Under the pieces are notes generated by a model, which searched no databases, had not been told where the DNA came from, and saw only the letters and a list, made by a program, of their open reading frames with translations. Position numbers and translations under genes: made by a program. From NCBI GenBank assembly GCA_002433895.1, contig DJJA01000001.1, positions 15,438 through 79,437 of the forward strand: a stretch of DNA of 64,000 nucleotides. The letters are read 5' to 3'. Positions 45,773 to 56,800 of the stretch are shown here, one piece after another (the first letter of the stretch is position 1; every line of letters begins with the position of its first letter). Source of the stretch: Candidatus Gottesmanbacteria bacterium UBA6580. GTDB lineage: Bacteria; Patescibacteriota; Microgenomatia; UBA10105; UBA927.

Positions 45773-47623
45773 GTGTCACACAAGACCCGATTACTGCTGT
45801 GTATTGGTCTCGCCCTGTTACTCAGGGTTATACTTATCCCTAACCCGGGATTTGAGGCGGATATCTCGTTTTGGAAATCGTGGGGGCTCGCTACCGTCGA
45901 TTATGGCGCGGTAGAAGGGATGAAACTCACCAACAATAATTACCCCACTCCGTTTACCTACACATTAGGCGCTATGGTGTGGGTATATAAGCTGTTTGCG
46001 GATCCGCATAATTTCCATGAATTCTGGAGCAATACCAATATATTGTTTTTGACCATCAGCAAAATGCTGCCTATTCTGGCGGATTTCGGCATTGCGGCCA
46101 TTATCCTGTACATCGGCAGGCACACTCACTCTACCAGCCGGCGATTTGGCTTCCCTGAAGTTAAATTATCATTCTTCCGCCTCACTTTTTACGAATTGCT
46201 TGCGGTGATGTACTTACTAAACCCCATCTCCCTCATGGACGGCGCGTGGTGGGGGCAGGTTGACTCGCTGGGCGTATGTATCTTTTTGTGTGCCGTGGTT
46301 TTGGCACTCAAAAAACAACCGATGTGGGCAGGGGTCATATTCATGCTCGCTATGATGACCAAGCTCCAAAACATCATTTACGCACCGATATTTTTCCTCT
46401 TTATATGGCAATACCTGGGCTATACCGGGCTGATAGCTGCAATTGGTGGTGCCACCCTCGGATTTTTTGGTCTGAATATAGAATTTATACTCTCCAAAAA
46501 CGCCGACCGGGTGCTTGCGTCGCTTACTGAAAATTACGATTACTTCCCATGGATGAGCCTGATGGCATACAACCTCTGGTGGATTGTGTCCGGAGCGCAA
46601 GGGCTTATAACCTCCGACAAGCTTACCGTGCTTGGCATACTCAACGCAAAAACCGTTGGACTCATGATATTTAGCGCTATGTACCTGCTTGCGGTAACCC
46701 GCCAACTGCTGGATAAAACAAAAACACAGGCGTCACCTGTCTTACAAACATTTATCGAGAGCCTCATCATCGCAAACTCGGCATTTTTTCTTTTCCAGAC
46801 GCAATCACATGACCGATACGCTTTTCCCCTCACGGTATTCCTCCTGCTGTGGACACCCTTTTTCATCACGCAAGCAGGATCGAAGTACGTCATGCTGCGG
46901 ACACGGCTACTGGGTATCGCCTATATCGTGTTTTCCGTATGTTATTTCTACAATTTGCACACTGCCCTTGTGGTGAATTACCCGCAAAACGGGCTCCCGT
47001 TGCTCTCAATGCTCACACAACCATTTTTTACCCTTTCCACCGCATACATCCAGCTCGGATTATTTTTCCTATTTTTATATGCGATCATCCATTCTTCAGC
47101 AGTGTCACGTCGTACAGCGCTCTTTGTGTTTGTCATTCTTACCTCATCACTTGTGTATCTCAATCTGCCGCTTATCCAAAAAAAGCCAATCTTCCTCACC
47201 GCCCTATCGCCTTTTATCAGTGAGCAGGCATATGGAACACGCCAGATACATAAATCCGTGCAAAGCTCATTTGGCGGCCCATACAAATGGACCCGGCTTT
47301 CTGTACAATATTTATTCTATAAGCACGGCATTGGCACGCACGCAAACTCAAAGCATGTCTTTGACATCGCGGGCAAATTTACCCGGTTTACGGTAGATTA
47401 CGGTATAGACACCGAAGCAGGCACCAAAGCATCGGCAATATTCGAAATTTACGGGGACGGGACACTACTCTTCCGGTCACAACCCATGGGGCGCTTTGAC
47501 CTTCCAAGGCATGCCGAAGTGAATATCACCGGCGTACGCCACTTATGGTTGGTAACCACAGACGCGGGAGATAACAATTATGATGATCATACCGATTGGT
47601 TAAACCCAATCCTTTGGCCATAA
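45773..47623 (+). CDS. GT-C-like membrane protein fused to a C-terminal NPCBM (novel putative carbohydrate-binding module) domain
   Basis: GTG start. About 12 TM helices. The C-terminal ~120 aa GIGTHANSKHVFDIAGKFTRFTVDYGIDTEAG...IFEIYGDGTLLF...NITGVRHLWLVTTDAGDNNYDDHTDWLNPIL match the NPCBM signature GxHAxS...F...GxDD...F.VxxDG...LxLxVTDAGDGxxxDHADWAxA. Confidence 0.75.
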   Translation: MSHKTRLLLCIGLALLLRVILIPNPGFEADISFWKSWGLATVDYGAVEGMKLTNNNYPTPFTYTLGAMVWVYKLFADPHNFHEFWSNTNILFLTISKMLPILADFGIAAIILYIGRHTHSTSRRFGFPEVKLSFFRLTFYELLAVMYLLNPISLMDGAWWGQVDSLGVCIFLCAVVLALKKQPMWAGVIFMLAMMTKLQNIIYAPIFFLFIWQYLGYTGLIAAIGGATLGFFGLNIEFILSKNADRVLASLTENYDYFPWMSLMAYNLWWIVSGAQGLITSDKLTVLGILNAKTVGLMIFSAMYLLAVTRQLLDKTKTQASPVLQTFIESLIIANSAFFLFQTQSHDRYAFPLTVFLLLWTPFFITQAGSKYVMLRTRLLGIAYIVFSVCYFYNLHTALVVNYPQNGLPLLSMLTQPFFTLSTAYIQLGLFFLFLYAIIHSSAVSRRTALFVFVILTSSLVYLNLPLIQKKPIFLTALSPFISEQAYGTRQIHKSVQSSFGGPYKWTRLSVQYLFYKHGIGTHANSKHVFDIAGKFTRFTVDYGIDTEAGTKASAIFEIYGDGTLLFRSQPMGRFDLPRHAEVNITGVRHLWLVTTDAGDNNYDDHTDWLNPILWP

Positions 47624-47676
47624 CATATGAGAATTTTTCAGCATCTGGTAAATAGCTAATAGTTAATTGTAGACAT

Positions 47677-50007
47677 ATGAAGCCTTACGAAAAAATAATC
47701 GGTCTTTGTTTGGTGTTGTTTGCCATTGGGTTTAACCTATGGATGTATCGCGCAGAGCCCACCGCGCTCACCGATCCAAACGATAACACATTCCAGTTCG
47801 CTTTGGTCGACAGAACAAACCAAATATGGTCTTATGCACAACAAAAGTGTTCTGGCATAACTGCGCCGTTTTGCATGATGTTTTACCTTACCGATCATTG
47901 GGTACCAAACTGGGCACAGGGGTACAACCTCCCGTACTACTACTCGCACCTTCCGCAAATCATCATTGTGGCGGGTTTCCGGCTCCTATCAGCAACCGGT
48001 CTGCCAATATCACTGTTTACGTATTATCACTGGGTGATTTACCTACTGCTTTCACTATTTCCCCTCTCATTATTTGTAGCGCTTCGCATCGTCGGACTAC
48101 CGATACTGACGGCAGGCATAGGAGCAATAATTGCTTCACACCTGTCTACTGACGGACTCTACGGCATCGATCCTCCATCTTTTCTTTGGCGGGGTTATGG
48201 CCTCACAAGCCAGCTCTTTGCCATGATATGGCTTCCGCTCGCACTCGCTTACGCTTTCCGGCTGTCTACCAGCAAGACAAAACAACATGATCTTTTCTTT
48301 ACCGCGATATTCCTTGGATTAACCACCGCGGGGCACTTAGGCTTGGGTATCATTGCATTTTTAAGTATCGGTATTTTAGCAATTAGCCCATCTATACAAT
48401 CCATACTCACCAATCAATGGAACAACGAAACGGCACATAACCTATTTATCGCCATCAAAAAGATGTTCATCGTTTTTGGCATTGTTGGACTCTTGCTTGG
48501 TTACTGGATCCTTCCGGTCCTGAAAGATAGCAATTATCACAACATCTCCGTCTGGGACGGCATATGGAAATTCGATTCCTTCGGATATCGCGAAGTGCTC
48601 AAAAATTTATTTAATGGCGACCTCTTTGACTTTGGGCGCTTCCCCATCCTCACCGCATTTGTATTTCTTGGTATTTTTTCTGCACTTACCTCTCCTCACT
48701 ATGCATCGTTTGCGTTTCTTTTTATGTTCTGGCTCCTCATGTATTTTGGCCGCACTACCTGGGGAGGGTTGCTCAACATTATTCCTGGTATGGATGACTT
48801 CCACATCTCGCGGTTTATTGTCGGGGTGCACATTGCCGGGCTTTTTCTTATCCCAATGGGTGCCGATTGGCTAACAAAAATAAGCACTTTATACGTTCCG
48901 CCTCGCCGTCAATTTGTTACTTTGTTATGTTGTCATTTTATTATTCTCATCGCTCTCGTTATACTCGTCTTCCCCCAAACGCTCCGGTATGCATCACACA
49001 ACGATATATTGATTTCCCGCGCCAACGAACACTACACCAACAAGGCATCAGACATCACCCTGCTACTCACCACGATCAACCACAGACTATCAGAAAAACC
49101 CGGGAGAGTGTTTGCGGGGCGCGGTGGTGGATGGGGTAAAGAATTCCGCGTCGCGGAAACCCCAATGTATATGTACCTTTCGACGTACGGCATCCCGGTT
49201 ATTCTTTGGCTCCCGGAAACATGGTCGCCGAACTCAGATACCGAACAATACTTTTCTGAAAACAAACTAGCTCACTACGCGCTCTATAACGTCCGGTATG
49301 TGGTAACCCCGACCAATCTCCCATCTGAAAATATCCAGCCGTTCTGGAAGCTCTTAGAGGCTGGAGAGACATGGAAACTCTACGAGGTAGCCACGCCCAC
49401 ATCGGGAGTGGGCGAAGCTGTATTTGGCTATATAACCACTGGCGTAAAACCAGCGATTGTCTCCAGCGATAAATCCGACTTCCGGAGCCTCATCAGACTG
49501 TGGATGCACTCTGATGCGCCAGGCAACTTTCTGTACCCTGAACTCACCTTTGACCGCGACTATCCCCGCTCCACGGGTCTACCCAACTTCCGTATGACCG
49601 ATGAAGCGACGTATAAAGTGCCGGATGGTTCGTTACACAATCTGTTTACCGAAGTGCCCAGCTATATGAGCCCACAGAGTTCACCCGGCACTACGCCGCG
49701 CATAATCAGCCAGAACAGCACGGATGATATAGAATTTAACGCGACCGTGGCAAACACCACGCGTTGTGTGTCCTGTATGATTATCCTCCGGCAAACTTTT
49801 CACCCCTCATGGCAGGCAACAATAGACGGAAAACGGGTAAAACCATTTGCGGTATTTCCGTTTTATACCGCAGTTATGATGGAAGAGCCGGGCGAACATA
49901 CGGTCACGTTTTCATACACACCAACACTCACCAAAAAATTGCTTTCCGGAGTTGGCGTCATGACGCTACTATTACTCTTTGTCATCGCGCGGAGAAAACG
50001 ACAATAA
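47677..50007 (+). CDS. Large polytopic membrane protein (GT-C/YfhO-like architecture) with C-terminal extracytoplasmic domain and terminal TM
   Basis: About 14 TM helices in the N-terminal 430 aa, then a ~300-aa soluble region and a final TM (GVGVMTLLLLFVIARRKRQ). Confidence 0.65.
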   Translation: MKPYEKIIGLCLVLFAIGFNLWMYRAEPTALTDPNDNTFQFALVDRTNQIWSYAQQKCSGITAPFCMMFYLTDHWVPNWAQGYNLPYYYSHLPQIIIVAGFRLLSATGLPISLFTYYHWVIYLLLSLFPLSLFVALRIVGLPILTAGIGAIIASHLSTDGLYGIDPPSFLWRGYGLTSQLFAMIWLPLALAYAFRLSTSKTKQHDLFFTAIFLGLTTAGHLGLGIIAFLSIGILAISPSIQSILTNQWNNETAHNLFIAIKKMFIVFGIVGLLLGYWILPVLKDSNYHNISVWDGIWKFDSFGYREVLKNLFNGDLFDFGRFPILTAFVFLGIFSALTSPHYASFAFLFMFWLLMYFGRTTWGGLLNIIPGMDDFHISRFIVGVHIAGLFLIPMGADWLTKISTLYVPPRRQFVTLLCCHFIILIALVILVFPQTLRYASHNDILISRANEHYTNKASDITLLLTTINHRLSEKPGRVFAGRGGGWGKEFRVAETPMYMYLSTYGIPVILWLPETWSPNSDTEQYFSENKLAHYALYNVRYVVTPTNLPSENIQPFWKLLEAGETWKLYEVATPTSGVGEAVFGYITTGVKPAIVSSDKSDFRSLIRLWMHSDAPGNFLYPELTFDRDYPRSTGLPNFRMTDEATYKVPDGSLHNLFTEVPSYMSPQSSPGTTPRIISQNSTDDIEFNATVANTTRCVSCMIILRQTFHPSWQATIDGKRVKPFAVFPFYTAVMMEEPGEHTVTFSYTPTLTKKLLSGVGVMTLLLLFVIARRKRQ

Positions 50008-50014
50008 CACGTTT

Positions 50015-50845
50015 ATGCCATACAACACGCGGTACTTCCTGCTGTGCGTAGCGCTTTTTGCGGGCAGCGTCTCCCCTGCCGTCCGGCCATCACATCCTCC
50101 TCAATCTGCCGATATACTTATTGTTGCTCCCCACCCCGATGATGCGACACTTTGCTGTGCCGGATTCATACAACAGGCTATTTCCAAAGGACAATCAGTC
50201 CATATTCTCGAGCTGACAAACGGTGAAGCATACGCGAGTGCCGCAGCCTATCTATCCAAAAAACCGGTCACCTTGGTCACCACTACTGATCATCTGCGGC
50301 TGGGTAACGCACGCAAAAAAGAAGAATACCGTGCCATGGGTATCCTCGGACTTCCTTCGCGGAACATCACCTTTTTAGGTTATCCGGACGGACTTCTTGA
50401 AGAGGTCTACAACACCCGTGGTAACGCGCCCCTTCCCAGCCGGTACACCGGTCTTTCTGCTTCCCCAGAAACCGGAAGTTCGTATACCAACACTACAGCA
50501 ACCAATGACATTGCGGCAGCCATACTCCGCACCAAACCAGCATATATTATCGTTCCTGATATACAGGATACCGCGCTTGACCATAGAATTACCCGCCAAT
50601 TTGTTGATGATGCAATAAAAAAGACCGCGTACCGCGGACAACTCCTCACCTACATCGTCCACAGCGATACTGCTCTTCCCTTTCCAAGTAGCGCTTCGCT
50701 ACTACGCATTCATCTCACGGCGTATGAACAACATCTGAAACAAAATGCGATAACTGCTTACCGGACACAACATGCTATTGACCGGGAATATCTCTTCTCA
50801 TTTATCCAGGATGAAGAAGTGTTTGTTCAGTTAACACACCCTTGA
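50015..50845 (+). CDS. PIG-L/LmbE-family N-acetylglucosaminyl deacetylase, secreted or lipid-anchored (start at ATG 50015)
   Basis: ILIVAPHPDDATLCCAGFI...NGEAY...NITFLGYPDG are PIG-L family motifs. Signal peptide MPYNTRYFLLCVALFAGSVSPA. The track start 49979 overlaps the upstream gene. Confidence 0.8.
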   Translation: MPYNTRYFLLCVALFAGSVSPAVRPSHPPQSADILIVAPHPDDATLCCAGFIQQAISKGQSVHILELTNGEAYASAAAYLSKKPVTLVTTTDHLRLGNARKKEEYRAMGILGLPSRNITFLGYPDGLLEEVYNTRGNAPLPSRYTGLSASPETGSSYTNTTATNDIAAAILRTKPAYIIVPDIQDTALDHRITRQFVDDAIKKTAYRGQLLTYIVHSDTALPFPSSASLLRIHLTAYEQHLKQNAITAYRTQHAIDREYLFSFIQDEEVFVQLTHP

Positions 50846-53800
50846 GGCGGAAGATATTCGCGCCCTTCAAAGACTTCATTTTTGAAGTAATTATACCGGT
50901 CTTCGTTATATGCCTTGAGTTCGCATGCCTTAAACACGTAACCCGCCCCCTCTTCCGCAAACTCTTCCGCGCAGTCGGGATTTTCGTAATCGCTAAACGG
51001 TGCCCCATCGTAGGTCCCGTCCGGCTTACACCCTATCATGGAATGGAACCCGACCGGCGTGTTAGTGTGCTGGCCTACGGAAAACATATTGTAAAATCCT
51101 GCAAGCGGTACAAACACCGGAATAGTTAATTGGTCCACGGCGTACGCATGCATCACTTCATGTACCACCGCATACGTCATGAGCTCCGGCGCCTGCTCCG
51201 TAAGTAAAATACGCCGGTGGTACGGGAATGTATTATTATCAACGCCTCCGATATTATCCCGTCCGCTCCCCCGTAACAGCTGCCAAAAAGACTGCCAACT
51301 GGGGTCATCGCCGTACAAAATACCGGAAGGATACACGACTATCTCAAAATCTTTTTTGAGAAATCCGGGAGGAAGCAACGCCAATGCGTCATACACCTGA
51401 TTTTTAATATTATTGACCCCGGTAATAACATCCGCGCGTTTATTTAACCCATCGGTAATAGTTACATTCCCTTCAGCGTTACAGCTTATGGGCATACCGT
51501 CGACACTGACGTGCGCATTTATATCCAATGCTCCTGGTACCGCGTAGCGGTCACAACGCTCTCCTTCATAGGCTATACACGCACCCTGCTGACATCCGTG
51601 CACCGGACAGGAGGCAACCTGCTGGATAGCAGCCTGTTTGTCTGAATCAAATAAATATACGTCATTCCCTTGGCATACCATATCGATAACCGCGCTTTGC
51701 GGACGCACATACCCTACCGGACCCAAACAATCAGCAATATCCCCTGATTGTTTACATGTTTGGTTTCCTAAACACGTCCGTACCACGTTTCCGGTGGACC
51801 GCTCCACTACCGATGATCCATCAGCGCTACAAGTAAATTCACGGTAATACGACATTGTCGCCTGTTCGTCGATAACAAGACATGAATTCATCACCCCCGC
51901 GTTACTATCAAATCCATAAAGCATCGGGGTCCGCCGCATTTCTTCGGTACACACTTCAGGAAACACCATCTGCGCTTTTTGCACGCAATCATTATTCACA
52001 CACCCGTCCAGACACCGGAACGACTGGTTCACATCAATCGAAAAACCTCCGGGGGCCATCATTGTACGCTTGAGCAGGTATTGTCCGTCCACCGAACAAA
52101 CAAAATCTTCGTACGACGGCAACTGCGTGCAACAGCCAGTGGCACTACACTGCTGACCCGCAGGACACAGTCCATTTTCGGCACACGAACCCAACGTACA
52201 CTGTGATACTACCGGTGGTGGTGGTGGAGGAGGAGCGGTTATGTACCATATTCCCGCTTTTAGTGCCCCATCGACGAGAAAGCCAAGTGGCGGCACCGAC
52301 AATACGAGCATGCGTACATAACGGCGGGCGTCTGCCTCCATCTGCTCCCGTTCATTTCTATTTCTGATACCGCGCACTACCCTTCTTGGTGACCTTCCCC
52401 ATGTGGGACATATACCATCGCGGGTCGTCTCAGCAGCAAAAACCGCATACTCACTCCTCATGGCATAACAGTCGGGATTGGTAAACGTGTCTATTATTGC
52501 TTTCGACAACACTTCCCCTTTCGACTTCGTATCTCTCGCTTGCGGCTGCTCGAGTGCTTCCCGGGTCTTACCGGCTGTGACAACATCCTGATCCTGTGTT
52601 TCCGCAGTCAACTGGTCAATGCGAACTCTTGGTAGTTGATTAAGCGGTGTTGTAGGCAGCGAAGTTGGTCTATTTTCCTGTACCTGCTCTTGCTGGTCAT
52701 TTTCCGTTTGTTGCTCATCAATCGCTACACGGGTAGCCTGCCGGGTAATTTCAGCATCCACTCCTACAGTTTCGGCCATAATGGCAGTCAATCTGCTTGC
52801 CCGCTCATTTCGTACTGCGCGTGAAAGATACCGCTGTAATGGGTTGCTATTCCACACCCGCATTAACTCACCGGTCGAAATAGAGATATTTACCGATCGA
52901 GGATCTTTGTATAACTCGGGATGTTTATATATGTAAATAAGCGCATCGATGTCATATAGCACCCCTTGCGGCGTTTCGACCTCTAGTAAATCATCCAACC
53001 GAAAGCCAAGAGTCTGTATAGCAAACATGGCCATCTGTAAATTTGTTGTGCCGATCAAACGGGTTGGTCGCTTGAACCAAGGCATCAGTCGTAGCGCATC
53101 AACCAAACGACCCATGTCAATGATCCCCATGGTTAAGGTTTGCTGGTTATAATCAACATTATGCAGTGTGCCAAACGGTAAAAAGTGTAGCCGCCATGCG
53201 ACAAGAAGTTTATCCGAGCGCTCAATACCAATTGAGCCAATAAAGTCTTTTCCGCGCACACGTTCATCCACTGTCCGCAATTCTTCCACCGTCAGTGAAG
53301 CCAATACTTCTCGATATGCCTTATCAGAAAAGTTCTGTGCCATTAACTGTTTCTCATCGTCGTTCAATCGTGGTAAGTAGGAAACGATCTCTTCTTCCGA
53401 AAAACGAACATTTAACATTTGGTTCAGTGTTTCCCGCTTCACTTCAGAAAATCGGGAGGTCTTGATCATTTCCCGCAACATATCCCGCACGTCTTTCGTA
53501 TTGCGCACCTGGAGAATACTTTGAATCAACACGATTCCCATATCTACACGCCTACCGATAGTTTGTGGCGTAATACCGTCGAAAGTCGACTGCAGCAACG
53601 CGAGCATTTCCTGAACCACGGCTGTTTTATCAGTAATATTAAGCTCATATCGCGCAATCTCACTTATACGTCTTGCAAGACGCTCTATAGCTGGGTTGTA
53701 TGCATCGGTATAGACTGTTGCAGGATTCCTAAAAAACTGCCGTTGTGACACTATCCTAAGCAGAGTCGCTTGCACCACAATAGGATGTGTTCGCTCTAAA

Positions 53801-56800
53801 TCAAGAGCAATTTGTTGAGCTATCGTACGAAGTTTTTGCTCATCTATTCCAACAATATTAGATAGTGTTGTAATTGCCTGCGCGGATGTATATAGCGCCC
53901 CTGCGCGTTGTTCAATGAACTTGGTTGGCAATAATCGATGAATAAATTGTATATACAATCTACTCAGTGCAAAGCGTATACGCGAAAGTATTCCAAATTG
54001 TGCTGACTCAAAAGATCTAGGTTTCTCTGTCTCGTTTTCTCGCTGTACGACACTAGCGTTCAATTGCACAGGCTCATCTTGTACAACTGGTGACCCTACT
54101 CCTTGCTGCACTCTCTCCTTCACCGTACCCATACGTACTGCTGTTGGGAAATAAAACCCTCTTTCTTCAACAAAGGCCACGTTCGGATGTAATTTTTCCT
54201 CAATAGGCAGTACCAATGAGTGTTCTATATCTGAATTCCCTTGTGTTACCCGTGTAAGTATTTCTGCATCCAGCTCAGTAAGTGCAATAATTCTATCTCC
54301 TGGACGCAGAACTTGAGATACTATCCTTCGTAATAATTCGTCCGGGTCAACCAGACTTCCATTCGCGAATGTAAATCCCTTCAATATAAACGTTACCGGT
54401 TTGTTACCAATTGATTCTCGTATAGCTCGATAATTTTCTATATCCGTTGCAGATAACGCCTGATCTCTATTTTGTAGCTGCTGCCTGGCTGAACTATTCA
54501 AGCGCTCGGCAGTACTAGCATCAAATGACGCACGAACAAACCTATCACCGCGCACGTAGTCCTGCACATCATCATTGAGCCAATACGTCGGAGCATGTGC
54601 AGCTATCAGTGTGTCTGTACCCATAAACGGATATATCACAGTATCATCAGGACCTAAAAGATGTGACAAAAGACGTTCATACAACGCCATCAACCGCTTC
54701 GTATCCGTGCGATCAGTCAGTGAATACTCACGATAATATGCTTGAATTTCCTCTTCTAATTTCGCCGTGGACACGTTAGTTGGTGCCACTTCCCTATTTG
54801 CATCCTGGATATTAATCCCCCGGGTACCATTTTGATTCACCCGCTCAAGGATCCAGTCCTGCACTCTATGGAGCAGTGTTTCAATCTGATCCCATGAAAT
54901 TGGTAACCAAACCCAGCCTAGCGGCTCTGCTGGAAAGAGCCCTGTATCACCGGTATCTTTAAACCGTTCAGGGACATCAAATGGCGTGGTTGTTTTATAT
55001 TGTTTCTGCAGATCGGTCACCATTTGATCCAAATTAACGCCTTTCCCTTGTGCGGAAAGCTTTAATAAGATGGAAAGCGAATCGAGGTGCTGATTGTAAA
55101 ACTCCGGAGTATGCGTCCATGCCTGTTCAGACTCTTTTCGATATATATGAATTTGCTCGTGAGTGGTGACATCTATCAAATTGTTCCACATCCATAAAAT
55201 GACAGACTCAGCTATCTCATTTCCTTGTGCATCTTTCCATTGTCCGGCTTCATTTTTTGTCGCACCCAGCAACCGATGCATAGTTTCCAACATCGGATAA
55301 ATCTGTGTCAGGTTCCATGAGATATTCGTTAATCGATCATATGCGTGTGCAATTGATTTGTCCGATTTAACAAAAAACTCCTGTACATACTCATTCTGAA
55401 TCTGCAGGGCCTGATCCACGGTTCGTAGATAGAGTGCTGCCGCTGTCTGCCACGCTCGCATTGCTTCAGCATTCGTCTCTCCATCATTCAATAGGCTTGG
55501 ATCCGATTCGAGCAGGCCATACGCAATCACCTCTTCTTCACCCTCTTCAGTTTGCATAGTTTCCCGCAGCGCGTTCACACCTATTTCATCACGAAGTGAT
55601 TGTGGTAATACGGCCAAAAATTCAGCATCTTGTTTTCCACGAATCACAGCATCAAACCATGAATACCGTATTCCATCGACCTCTATCGACGGAATGGAAA
55701 GAAGGAGAAGCATCGTATTTTCATTTGCAGATGCTCCATCACTATACCGGCTCCAATCGGAAATAGATGCACCTTTTGCAAGGGATGCTGCATCGTTGGC
55801 AATTGCTTTATGTATCTTCTTTTTATACTGTTCAGCCTCTTTTATGACATCATTCGGAAGCCATTCGGCTTGGATAGTGCCTTCAACAAACAGTTTTGCT
55901 GCAGCTTGAATACCTACCTGAATTATGCTGCGCTTAAGCTGTTGTATTTTTGTTTCCCTCCCTACAAAATCACCTCCACCTTCCAACCTTTGGGCATCCG
56001 CAGAATCGATATTTAACGTAAAGCCATGCCCGGTAAGGATAGATGTCACGATGTTTGGCCATGAATGTGTGAAGCTTTCATCTGCATCCCGTAGATATAA
56101 TTGATTAAGGTTAAACGACTGCTCACCTGCGGAACGCAGAATAGATACCTCATCTCCACTCTCATGCCGTGCCGTTGCTAATACTTCCACACCCTGATTC
56201 ACCTGCATTCCATTCCATGACAGCTTCATCTTATTCGGATCAAAAAATCCGACATACTGCCCGACACGTGACCACAGTTTGGATGCAAACAGTCCGGGAT
56301 TTTCCGTCGATGTCACCCATTCGATCGTCGTACCGCGCTCACCTTCCTTAGCATCGCGTTCCGCTACGACAATACGGACATCTACCAATCTGTCTCCATC
56401 TTTCACTGGTGTCAAAATAAGTGTGCGTGTTTTGCCGTCTTTTGTTGTGCGAAGCCTCACTTCTTCTCCCAGCCGAAATAACGTAAAGAATCCGTGTCCA
56501 AAATGTAAATTTTCAGAAATCCAACCGGATACATTTGGTTGCAGCAATGACCCCATAATCGTTTCTGTATCCATTCCCACACCCTCATCGTGCATAGATA
56601 GGACAAAACGTGAATCTGCCTCCAACCAGCTCGTGACCGAATAGGTTGGCGTGGTGGCATTGTTTCTGCTTGCCTCATACGCATTTGTGACCACTTCCTG
56701 GAGGAACTTAAAGTCATCAACAGTTTGTTCGTATGCTCGTTTTATAGACGCTTTCGCGCGAGTAATAAGCTCCGCTTTTTTCTCGGCTGGATATTTCGAC

